A DNA stretch of 38,467 nucleotides from Cryomorphaceae bacterium (GTDB lineage Bacteria; Bacteroidota; Bacteroidia; Flavobacteriales; BACL11). Below the pieces are notes generated by a model. It was not told the origin of the DNA and did not search any database. It saw only the letters and a program-made list of their open reading frames with translations. Location of the stretch: contig CATIQX010000043.1 of assembly GCA_949531795.1 (NCBI GenBank), forward strand, positions 1 through 38,467, given 5' to 3'. Within the stretch, counting starts at the first letter, position 1; each line of letters begins with the position of its first letter. Below are positions 27,422-35,567 of the stretch, in pieces. The position numbers and the translations under genes are program-made.

Positions 27422-28984
27422 ATGAAAAAAGTATTACTCATTGCAGTGGTTGCACTATTATCACTAAATAATGTAAAAGCACAATTACCTAATGGATCAT
27501 CAGCTCCGAACTTTACTTTAACGGACTTAGATGGTACTAGTCATGAATTACATGCCTTATTAGATCAAGGATACACTGTTTTTCTGGATTTTTCAGCAGT
27601 TTGGTGTCCTCCTTGTTGGGGTTATCATACTGGAGGTGCTTTGGAAGATTTATATATTAATCATGGCCCTTTAGGATATCCAAATGTTAGCGCTAACACA
27701 ACAGATGACGTTATGGTTTTTTTCATTGAAGGAGATGAAGGAAGTTTAGATGACTTAAATGGAGGAGCTGGATCTCAAGGGGATTGGGTTACAGGAACTC
27801 CTTACCCAATACTACCTACATATGCAGGATCAAATAGCACTCAGGTTACTTCAGATTATCAAATTGGATATTGGCCAACTGTATATCAAGTATGTCCTGA
27901 TAGAATAGTAACTGAGTGCGGACAGTCAGCTAGTCCTTATTCTTTAGTAAGCGCATGTCCTGCTCCTGCTTCAAATGACAATGATGCTAGAACATTTGAT
28001 TATGCTGGTGAAACCCTAACTTGTGAAGGAGATTTAATTCCTGAGATTATGATTCAAAATTATGGAATCTTAAATCTTACAACTTTAACAATTGAAGTAG
28101 CAGTAAATGGAACTATAGTTTCTACAACTCCATGGACAGGTAATTTAACTACTTACGGAACTGACAATATTACATTACCTGCACTAATAGGATTAAATAG
28201 TAATGATGCTATTACTATAAACACAACTTATCCAAATGGAATAGTTGATGCTGATCCATCAAACAATCCAGCAGTTTCATTTAATGTATTGCTAGCAACA
28301 CAAAATACTAACACTTTTGTAACTGTTCAAGTTGAAACTGATGCATATGGATCAGAAACAACTTGGGATATTAAGGATGCAAATGGAACAAATGTAATTT
28401 CTGGCGGACCTTATAATGACTTAGGCGCTGCAGGAACTACTATTCAAACTCCAACCACAGGAAATTTAAATACGAACGAATGTCACACATTTACAATATA
28501 TGACAGTTATGGTGATGGAATTGATGCAGGATATGGTACTGGTTCTTTTTCAGTAACTGATGGAAACGGCACAATTTTAACTCAAGGAGGGGTCTTTACA
28601 GATATCGATGGTGGTGCATTTAAAACAGGCTCTCAAGGCGGCCCTCCTGCTTCTTGGGATTGTGATCCTATCAACGGATGTGTGGATCCTGGAACAGGTT
28701 CAGGACTATATACTTCAATAACTGATTGTAATGCAGCATGTAGTGCAACTGATGTAAGTGAAGTAATCTCTAACCTTTCAATTTACCCTAATCCTGTAAA
28801 GGATATATTAACAATTGAAGGCTCTTATGTTTCTATTGAAATCATTGATTTATTTGGTAAAGTAGTTTTATCATCTGGATCGCAAAAAGGAATTGACGTA
28901 TCTAAATTAAGTAATGGTGTTTACTTTGCAAATATTAAAACTAAGAATGTAATTACTGTTAAGAAAATTACTATAGCTAAGTAA
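27422..28984 (+). CDS. Secreted multidomain protein: N-terminal thioredoxin/redoxin-like domain (CPPC), middle beta-rich domains, 4-Cys mini-module, T9SS type-A CTD
   Basis: Has a signal peptide ending VKAQ. APNFTLTDLDGTSHELH...VFLDFSAVWCPPCWGYH is the TlpA/redoxin-like substrate-and-CxxC arrangement. WDCDPINGCVDPGTGSGLYTSITDCNAACS is a 4-Cys module. The C-terminus (IYPNPVKDILTIEG...IDLFGKVV...NGVYFANI...KKITIAK) is a T9SS CTD. Confidence 0.8.
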   Translation: MKKVLLIAVVALLSLNNVKAQLPNGSSAPNFTLTDLDGTSHELHALLDQGYTVFLDFSAVWCPPCWGYHTGGALEDLYINHGPLGYPNVSANTTDDVMVFFIEGDEGSLDDLNGGAGSQGDWVTGTPYPILPTYAGSNSTQVTSDYQIGYWPTVYQVCPDRIVTECGQSASPYSLVSACPAPASNDNDARTFDYAGETLTCEGDLIPEIMIQNYGILNLTTLTIEVAVNGTIVSTTPWTGNLTTYGTDNITLPALIGLNSNDAITINTTYPNGIVDADPSNNPAVSFNVLLATQNTNTFVTVQVETDAYGSETTWDIKDANGTNVISGGPYNDLGAAGTTIQTPTTGNLNTNECHTFTIYDSYGDGIDAGYGTGSFSVTDGNGTILTQGGVFTDIDGGAFKTGSQGGPPASWDCDPINGCVDPGTGSGLYTSITDCNAACSATDVSEVISNLSIYPNPVKDILTIEGSYVSIEIIDLFGKVVLSSGSQKGIDVSKLSNGVYFANIKTKNVITVKKITIAK

Positions 28985-29006
28985 TTCCTAACAACATATA
29001 ATTATT

Positions 29007-29035
29007 AAAAAACCCTGAACTTTTCGGGGTTTTTT
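29007..29035 (+). terminator. Rho-independent terminator after the 27422-28984 gene
   Basis: AAAAAA-CCCTGAA-CTT-TTCGGGG-TTTTTT, a 7-bp stem with one G-U pair extended by A/T runs. Confidence 0.7.
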
Positions 29036-29090
29036 ATTATTTCTTAATTCAGCTATTATTATTAAATTAGCCAAAATAAAAACAAATAAA

Positions 29091-29585
29091 ATGAGAAAAC
29101 TATTTTTATCCATTATAACAACTATACTCTTTTCGACCCTAAGTATTGCTCAAAGCAGATCTTTACCTTCAGTAGAAGTGAAAACACTTGATGGTGGTAG
29201 TATTAATATTACAGAAATAGAGAATAATGGCAAGCCAATTGTAATAAGTTTCTGGGCTACATGGTGTAAGCCTTGTAAAAAAGAGCTCAATACCATTGCA
29301 GAGGTCTATGAAGATTGGCAAGATGAAACAGGTGTGAAGCTTGTAGCTATTTCAATTGATAATTCAAGATCAATGGGAAAGGTTGCTCCTTATGTTAATG
29401 CATCTGACTGGGATTATGAAGTTTATATAGATCCAAATGGTGATTTAAAAAGGGCAATGGGAATTTCAACAGTACCACATACATTTTTATTAAACAGTAA
29501 AAAAGAAATAATTTGGCAACACAAAGGATATGTTGATGGTGATGAAGATGAGCTATTAGAACAAATTAAAAAAATAGCACACTAA
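29091..29585 (+). CDS. TlpA-family periplasmic thiol-disulfide oxidoreductase
   Basis: Has a signal peptide. LPSVEVKTLDGGSINITEIENNGKPIVISFWATWCKPCKKELNTI is the classic TlpA/ResA/DsbE block with WCxPC, and VPHTFLL provides the cis-Pro loop. Confidence 0.88.
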   Translation: MRKLFLSIITTILFSTLSIAQSRSLPSVEVKTLDGGSINITEIENNGKPIVISFWATWCKPCKKELNTIAEVYEDWQDETGVKLVAISIDNSRSMGKVAPYVNASDWDYEVYIDPNGDLKRAMGISTVPHTFLLNSKKEIIWQHKGYVDGDEDELLEQIKKIAH

Positions 29586-31219
29586 TGCTAAAAAAAATAA
29601 CCTATACTTTAATTTTATCCTTATTAACACTTAATAGTTTCTCTCAAAATAATATTAGCGAAATTCATGGAAACTTTGATTTGAACATGCAAAGCTATCA
29701 AGAGGATGAACTTATTGGAGCTGAGGCAGCTGATGAAATTATTCTCAATAACGCTTACTTAAACATTAATTATACGAAAGGTGATTTTGTTGCTGGCTTG
29801 AGATACGAAAGCTACCTAAATGCACTTCTAGATTTTGATGATAATTATAAAGGAAATGGGATTCCATTCCGTTATGCATCATATACTATTGATGGACTTG
29901 AAGTAACTGCTGGAAACTATTATGAACAAATTGGTGGCGGATTAATTTTCAGAAGCTATGAAAACAAGGGCTTAGGAATTGACAATGCAATGGATGGAAT
30001 TCGCTTAAAATACAGTCCATTAAAAGGGGTTTATTTAAAGACATTTATAGGCAAGAGTAGAACTTATTTTACTTACGCTGATGGCATTATTAGAGGAGCT
30101 GATGCTGAAGTTAATATTAATGAAGCTTTAAATTTTGAATCAAAAACAAGAATAATTATTGGGCAAGGGTTCATAAGTAGATATCAATCAGATATCAATC
30201 CTAAATTTAAATTACCTCAAAATGTTGCTGCTTACTCATCTCGTTTAAATATAATAAATGGAGGATGGAACTATTCAGGAGAATATGCAATTAAGCTAAA
30301 CGACCCTGTGGGATCGCTAACTGCTGAAGGAAATAATTACGCAAATGGAAATGCATTAATGAGTAGTCTTACTTACTCAAAAAGAGGATTTGGTATTATA
30401 GCGGAAATGCATAGAGTAGATCACATGGAATTCCGCTCAGAGAGAGCTCAGGAAAAACAATATATAATCAATTATATTCCTACACTTACCAAACAACATA
30501 CTTATACTTTATTAGCACTTTACCCATCTGCAACTCAGTCAGAAGGGGAGTTTGGCACTCAAATTGATGTGTTCTATAAAATAAAAAAGGGCGGTCTTTT
30601 AGGCGGGAAATATGGCACAAAAATAATATTTAATTTTTCTAGAATTAATGCTCTAAATGGAGGAGGCTCATACTTGAATGACAATGAGGAGCACAATCCA
30701 ATGTTTTTTAGTGTTAAAGGAGAAGAACTATACTATAGAGATATAAACTTAGAGGTCTACAAAAAAATTAATAAGAGAGTTAAAGTAACAGGTATACTAG
30801 CTAAACAATCCTACAATAAAGATGTATTAGAAGGGAAAACTCCTGGAACTTACGGAATAGTTGAATCCACTATTGCTATTGCAGACATAAGTTATAAAAT
30901 CAAGAAAGGGCATACTATTCGTATTGAACTGCAAGAGTTATTAGCTGATGGTGGGGAGGGAAGTTGGAGCATGGGATTAGCAGAATATACTATATCTCCA
31001 CATTGGTTTTTTGCAGTACAAGACATGTATAATTGGGGGAATGATAAAGTAAGTAAGCAACTTCATTATGTAAATGTTAATTGTGGTTTTTTAAAAGGAG
31101 CTAACAGAATTGCTATTGGTTATGGCAAAAAAAGAGCAGGAATTTTCTGCGTAGGAGGAGTCTGCAAAGAAGTTCCTTCATCAAACGGATTTAGTTTAAC
31201 AATATCTTCAAGTTTTTAA
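29585..31219 (+). CDS. Predicted large outer-membrane beta-barrel protein of unknown function (DUF6029-like by recollection)
   Basis: Has a signal peptide (LLTLNSFSQ) and alternating-hydrophobic, Gly/Tyr-rich beta-strand composition. It ends in an aromatic residue (...SLTISSSF), typical of an OMP beta-signal, with a CVGGVC pair near the C-terminus. The ATG overlaps the tlpA-like stop (TAATG). Confidence 0.6.
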   Translation: MLKKITYTLILSLLTLNSFSQNNISEIHGNFDLNMQSYQEDELIGAEAADEIILNNAYLNINYTKGDFVAGLRYESYLNALLDFDDNYKGNGIPFRYASYTIDGLEVTAGNYYEQIGGGLIFRSYENKGLGIDNAMDGIRLKYSPLKGVYLKTFIGKSRTYFTYADGIIRGADAEVNINEALNFESKTRIIIGQGFISRYQSDINPKFKLPQNVAAYSSRLNIINGGWNYSGEYAIKLNDPVGSLTAEGNNYANGNALMSSLTYSKRGFGIIAEMHRVDHMEFRSERAQEKQYIINYIPTLTKQHTYTLLALYPSATQSEGEFGTQIDVFYKIKKGGLLGGKYGTKIIFNFSRINALNGGGSYLNDNEEHNPMFFSVKGEELYYRDINLEVYKKINKRVKVTGILAKQSYNKDVLEGKTPGTYGIVESTIAIADISYKIKKGHTIRIELQELLADGGEGSWSMGLAEYTISPHWFFAVQDMYNWGNDKVSKQLHYVNVNCGFLKGANRIAIGYGKKRAGIFCVGGVCKEVPSSNGFSLTISSSF

Positions 31220-31220
31220 T

Positions 31221-32108
31221 ATGAAAAATATAATCACACTTTTTAGTTTAATTTTAATTATCACATCTTGTGATATTGTTGAAGGACCTTATGAAATTAA
31301 TACGGAAAATGTTATACCTACAGACACTAACACTTATGTCAAAAAAATATTAATTGAAGATTTTACAGGCCATACATGTCAAAATTGCCCGTCAGCTGCA
31401 AGAGAACTAGAAGCAATACATAGTCTTTATGGTGATCGAATTATCGGTATGGCGCTACATGTTAGTAAATCATTCGCAAGGCCTTACCCTATAAGCCAAG
31501 CACCAAAATATCAATATGATTTCAGAACAAAATGGGGGAAAGAATGGGATGACTTATTTGGCATTTCTGAAATGGGACTACCAGGAGGAATGATTAATAG
31601 AATAGGATACCCAAGTGAACATAGACTTGGTAAAGATGAATGGCTTGCTAGAGTAATCACTGAACTAGAAAAAGAAACTGATTTTGGCATTAATATTTCT
31701 GCAAATGAAGGGGTAATAACCGTCAATACAGAAATATTAAATAATATCAATGGAGATTATAATTTAGTAGTTTGTATAATTGAAAGTAATATTATCAACT
31801 GGCAAAAAGATGGATCTGAAGATGTTGAAAATTACGAACACAATCACGCGTTAAGAGCTTTACTTTCTAATGAAAATTTAAGTACCTCAAGTAATTACAC
31901 TATCTCTGATGAAATTGAAAAAATAATCAATTATGATTTAGCCTCTTTAGAACAATTTAATATTGATTATTCTGAAAATATAGCAGAACTGGGGAATGGA
32001 GATGCAGGAGGATGGGACTCTTCAAATATGTCAGTTATTGCTTATATTTATGACAATACCAACAAAGAAATACTGCAAGTTGAAGAAGCTCATTTAATGA
32101 ATAAATAA
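31221..32108 (+). CDS. Lipoprotein with a thioredoxin-fold-like CxxC motif (Omp28-related by recollection)
   Basis: Has a lipobox (LIITSC). KKILIEDFTGHTCQNCPSAARELE is a beta-strand, CxxC, helix arrangement like a thioredoxin-fold active site. The gene starts 1 nt after the upstream stop. Confidence 0.6.
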   Translation: MKNIITLFSLILIITSCDIVEGPYEINTENVIPTDTNTYVKKILIEDFTGHTCQNCPSAARELEAIHSLYGDRIIGMALHVSKSFARPYPISQAPKYQYDFRTKWGKEWDDLFGISEMGLPGGMINRIGYPSEHRLGKDEWLARVITELEKETDFGINISANEGVITVNTEILNNINGDYNLVVCIIESNIINWQKDGSEDVENYEHNHALRALLSNENLSTSSNYTISDEIEKIINYDLASLEQFNIDYSENIAELGNGDAGGWDSSNMSVIAYIYDNTNKEILQVEEAHLMNK

Positions 32109-32118
32109 ACTTAACATC

Positions 32119-33066
32119 ATGAAAAAAAATCTATGGATAATCTTGGCAATCTTTTCTGGATTAAGTTCTTTTGGTCAAATCCAAAATATTCTTGCAGATG
32201 ACATTGCACAAGGAGAAAAACTAATTGAAGCCTATTTCACTCCAATGGCTGAAAGTTTTGGAGCAGGTTTAAATAGCGGGTGGTATAATACTGCAAAACC
32301 ACACAATTTAGGTGGCTTTGATTTAACATTGACTTTAAATACTGTGATTATTCCAAGTTCAGCAAAAACTTTTAACATTAAAGCTGCTGGAGGAGATCTT
32401 TTTACTTCTAATGATACTGAAGCTTCTACCATATTTGGAAGCGCTGATGCAACTACAATGACATACAACAATAATAGTACTGGCTTAGATGTTGATTTTG
32501 AAATGCCAGGGGGATTTAAAACTCCAGCAATTCCATTACCAATGATCCAAGCAGGGATAGGGCTAATAAAAAATACAGCTATTGACATAAGGTATATGCC
32601 AATGCTAAATGTTGGTAATAATATCAATGTAAATCTTTTTGGAGTTGGAGTAAAACATGATTTATTACAATGGGTACCAGGAATTGGTAATGCAATTCCA
32701 ATGAGTCTTTCATTGCAAGGAGGTTATACCTCTCTTAATACAGAATTAAAAATAGCTGGACAAAAAATTTCCCTTAAGACTAAGGCTACTACTATTAATT
32801 TAGTTGCATCAAAAAAAATATTAATGATCACTGGTTATATTGGGTTAGGATACAACTCAGCAAGTACAACTTTTATGACAGATGCTAATTTTGATTTAGA
32901 TAGAATTCAATTTGAAGAAAAATTAGAAGTAGATTTTGTATCTAATAAAAATTTAAGGAAAAATATTGGATTAAGATTAAATATGACTCTAATAACTATT
33001 CAGGCAGATTATACTTTTTCAGAATATCCAACAGCAACTTTAGGGATTGGTATTAGTTTAAGATAA
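32119..33066 (+). CDS. Hypothetical secreted/outer-membrane protein (beta-rich)
   Basis: Has a signal peptide (FSGLSSFGQ) and a Gly/Thr/Asn-rich amphipathic strand pattern. I recognised no catalytic motif. There is a 10-nt gap from the upstream gene. Confidence 0.55.
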   Translation: MKKNLWIILAIFSGLSSFGQIQNILADDIAQGEKLIEAYFTPMAESFGAGLNSGWYNTAKPHNLGGFDLTLTLNTVIIPSSAKTFNIKAAGGDLFTSNDTEASTIFGSADATTMTYNNNSTGLDVDFEMPGGFKTPAIPLPMIQAGIGLIKNTAIDIRYMPMLNVGNNINVNLFGVGVKHDLLQWVPGIGNAIPMSLSLQGGYTSLNTELKIAGQKISLKTKATTINLVASKKILMITGYIGLGYNSASTTFMTDANFDLDRIQFEEKLEVDFVSNKNLRKNIGLRLNMTLITIQADYTFSEYPTATLGIGISLR

Positions 33067-33067
33067 T

Positions 33068-33670
33068 ATGAAAAAGAGATTTATAATATTGCTTTGCTGT
33101 TTATCTCTTTCAATTAGCATTAAAGCACAGAGTTTTGGAGGCGGAATGATTCTGGGGCTTAGCACCTCACAGGTTTCTGGAGACAATTTAGGAGGTTTTA
33201 AAAAAGCAGGATTGTTAATTGGAGGCTTTATTGATTTGCAGCTTAACAATGCGGTAAGAAGTCAAATGGAAATGACTTTTATTCAGAAAGGCAGTAATAA
33301 TCCAAATATGAACGAAAATAGCTATTCAGACATTAGTTTATCTTACGTTGAAATACCTTTACTTATAAAATATCAACAAAGCCGTAAAATAGCGATTGAA
33401 GGAGGAGTTGAAACTGCACTTCTGATTTCAGCTTCTGATAATGATATTTACGGTCAGATTTCTGCCAATAGTTCAAGAAAATTCAACAGAACAGATATTA
33501 GTGTTTTTATAGGAATTGATTATTTTATTAATCAACGATTAATATTAAATAGCCGAATCAGTAATTCTATTCTACCAATAAGAGCACATGCTTCAAATAC
33601 TACTTTTCAATTTAACAAAGGGCAATATAATTCTGTAATGAGTTTCGCATTACACTACATACTATTATGA
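33068..33670 (+). CDS. Small outer-membrane beta-barrel protein (PorT/OMP_b-brl_2-like)
   Basis: Has a signal peptide (SISIKAQS). The 200-aa size and the YVEIPLLIKY strand motif are typical of the PorT-like porin family. The gene starts 1 nt after the upstream stop. Confidence 0.65.
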   Translation: MKKRFIILLCCLSLSISIKAQSFGGGMILGLSTSQVSGDNLGGFKKAGLLIGGFIDLQLNNAVRSQMEMTFIQKGSNNPNMNENSYSDISLSYVEIPLLIKYQQSRKIAIEGGVETALLISASDNDIYGQISANSSRKFNRTDISVFIGIDYFINQRLILNSRISNSILPIRAHASNTTFQFNKGQYNSVMSFALHYILL

Positions 33671-34239
33671 ATATACAACACAAAATAATAATTTCAGTTT
33701 CAGGAGCAAGCGGATCAATATATGCAAAGGTCCTATTTGATAAATTAGTTCAACTAAAAGAACAAATAGAAGTAGTTGGCGTATTAATGAGCGACAACGC
33801 AAAATATGTATGGGAAACAGAATTAGGAAATTCTGATTACAATAATTATCCTTTTACCTTTTATGATAAGATGGATTTTATGGCACCATTTGCAAGTGGT
33901 TCGGCAAATTATGGTACAATGATTATTTGTCCTTGCTCAATGGGGACTATGGGTAGAATTGCTACAGGCATAAGTAATGATTTAACAACTAGAGCTGCTG
34001 ATGTTATCTTAAAAGAAAGAAGGAAACTCATAATTGTAGCCAGAGAAACACCACTTAGTTTAATTCATATTAATAATATGAAAATTATCACTGAAGCAGG
34101 AGGAATTATATGCCCTGCAACTCCGTCATTTTATAGCAATCCAGAAAACTTTGAAGAACTTGCTGCCACTGTAATTGATCGAGTTTTGATGCTAAGTGGT
34201 TTAGATAATAAATCATATAGTTGGGGAGAAAAACAATAA
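33667..34239 (+). CDS. ubiX: UbiX-family flavin prenyltransferase
   Basis: IIISVSGASGSIYAKVLFDKL, MIICPCSMGTMGRIATGISNDLTTRAADV and LKERRKLIIVARETPL are conserved UbiX blocks. The ATG overlaps the upstream stop (ATGA). Confidence 0.9.
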   Translation: MNIQHKIIISVSGASGSIYAKVLFDKLVQLKEQIEVVGVLMSDNAKYVWETELGNSDYNNYPFTFYDKMDFMAPFASGSANYGTMIICPCSMGTMGRIATGISNDLTTRAADVILKERRKLIIVARETPLSLIHINNMKIITEAGGIICPATPSFYSNPENFEELAATVIDRVLMLSGLDNKSYSWGEKQ

Positions 34240-34243
34240 AATA

Positions 34244-34251
34244 TTAAATTT
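34244..34251 (+). promoter_or_regulatory. -7 box (TAAATTTG) upstream of the 61-aa ORF
   Basis: Exact TAnnTTTG, 30 nt upstream of the ATG at 34282. Confidence 0.35.
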
Positions 34252-34281
34252 GGGGTTATTGTGTTATAAACAATAAAGCCA

Positions 34282-34467
34282 ATGTTAGAATTCAGTAAAA
34301 AAATACTTCAGAAGGTAAGCTTTGATAAAGTACTATTTAAAAAAGAATTACAAAAAAGCGCTAGATGGATTAGCAAACATGAAACAGCAGCTTTAAAGAT
34401 TTGGGCATTAACCTATTTTTCTCATTACAAGCAAACAATTCTAGAAGTTTTTGACAAAGTATACTAA
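34282..34467 (+). CDS. Hypothetical 61-aa protein
   Basis: An ORF with its own candidate -7 box and a helical, Lys-rich sequence ([34 protein letters not shown]...). I recognised no family. Confidence 0.4.
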   Translation: MLEFSKKILQKVSFDKVLFKKELQKSARWISKHETAALKIWALTYFSHYKQTILEVFDKVY

Positions 34468-35486
34468 AATAAATTCGCTTGATTAGCTGGCTTAATCCTT
34501 CCTAGATGCTTAAAAGCTAGTTCAGTAGCTTGACGACCTCTAGATGTACGCATTATATATCCTTCCATAATTAAAAAAGGCTCATACACTTCTTCAATAG
34601 TTCCAGCTTGCTCACCTACAGCAGTAGCTATAGTTGTCAACCCAACTGGGCCACCATTGAATTTATCAATGATAGTAGTCAAAATTCTATTATCCATTTC
34701 ATCAAGACCATGTTCATCTACACTTAAAGCTGTTAAAGAAAATTGAGTAATCTTTTTATCAATACTACCATCTCCTTTTATCTGCGCAAAATCTCGTACT
34801 CGTCTTAATAAAGCATTAGCAATTCTTGGAGTGCCTCTACTTCTTCCAGCAATTTCAATAGCTGCATCCTTTGCTATACTTACATCCAAAATAGAAGAGG
34901 ACCTATTAACAATTTTAGATAATAAATCAATTTTATAATATTCAAGGCGAGAGTTAATTCCAAATCGAGCTCTGAGGGGGGCTGTCAATAAACCTGATCG
35001 AGTAGTTGCACCAATTAAAGTAAAAGGATTTATTTTTATTTGAACAGAACGCGCATTGGGTCCTGATTCAATCATAATATCAATTTGATAATCTTCCATA
35101 GCTGAATACAAATACTCCTCAACTATAGGGTTTAACCTGTGAATTTCATCAATGAATAAAACATCTCTATCTTCCAAATTAGTGAGTAAGCCAGCTAAAT
35201 CTCCTGGCTTATCCAAAACGGGCCCAGATGTGGTTTTAATACCTACGTCAAGCTCATTTGCAATAATATTCGCTAAAGTAGTTTTTCCAAGCCCAGGGGG
35301 ACCATGTAGTAAAACATGATCTAGTGCTTCTTCTCTCTCTTTAGCGGCTTGAATAAATACTTCCAAATTATCTACAATTTTTTCTTGACCCTCAAAATCA
35401 TCAAATAATTTAGGGCGCAAAACTTGCTCAATAGCTAACTCCTCTTCAGAATCAACTTTATGCTCAGGATTTAGGTTTTCACTCAT
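34464..35486 (-). CDS. ruvB: Holliday junction DNA helicase RuvB
   Basis: Has Walker A ([11 protein letters not shown]), Walker B ([10 protein letters not shown]), sensor and Arg finger ([18 protein letters not shown]) and the winged-helix C-terminus. I chose the start at M8 (ATG 35486) because a TACATTTG box at 35495-35502 lies inside the longer track ORF. Confidence 0.95.
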   Translation of the reverse strand: MSENLNPEHKVDSEEELAIEQVLRPKLFDDFEGQEKIVDNLEVFIQAAKEREEALDHVLLHGPPGLGKTTLANIIANELDVGIKTTSGPVLDKPGDLAGLLTNLEDRDVLFIDEIHRLNPIVEEYLYSAMEDYQIDIMIESGPNARSVQIKINPFTLIGATTRSGLLTAPLRARFGINSRLEYYKIDLLSKIVNRSSSILDVSIAKDAAIEIAGRSRGTPRIANALLRRVRDFAQIKGDGSIDKKITQFSLTALSVDEHGLDEMDNRILTTIIDKFNGGPVGLTTIATAVGEQAGTIEEVYEPFLIMEGYIMRTSRGRQATELAFKHLGRIKPANQANLF

Positions 35487-35494
35487 TGTAACAG

Positions 35495-35502
35495 CAAATG
35501 TA
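35495..35502 (-). promoter_or_regulatory. -7 box (TACATTTG) upstream of ruvB
   Basis: Exact TAnnTTTG on the minus strand, 8 nt upstream of the ATG at 35486. Confidence 0.4.
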
Positions 35503-35515
35503 AACAATAATTGAC

Positions 35516-35541
35516 AAAAAAAGAGTCAGTGTAGCTGACCC
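35516..35541 (-). terminator. Rho-independent terminator after actF
   Basis: The minus-strand RNA is GGGUCAG-CUACA-CUGACUC, a 7-bp stem with one G-U pair, followed by U7. Confidence 0.6.
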
Positions 35542-35567
35542 TTAATTTTTATATTAACAATATAATA

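Noticed and set aside
29041-29090. Possible promoter for the tlpA-like operon (TAAATTAG about 20 nt upstream of the ATG)
   Set aside because: It has one mismatch to TAnnTTTG at a conserved T. This is plausible, but in such AT-rich sequence a near-match is not sufficient evidence, so I left it unannotated.
34256-34276. Hairpin TTATTGT-(7 nt)-ACAATAA after ubiX
   Set aside because: It is an all-A/T 7-bp stem with no following T-run. It lies between the candidate -7 box and the ATG of the 61-aa ORF, and is too weak to call a terminator or a regulatory element.
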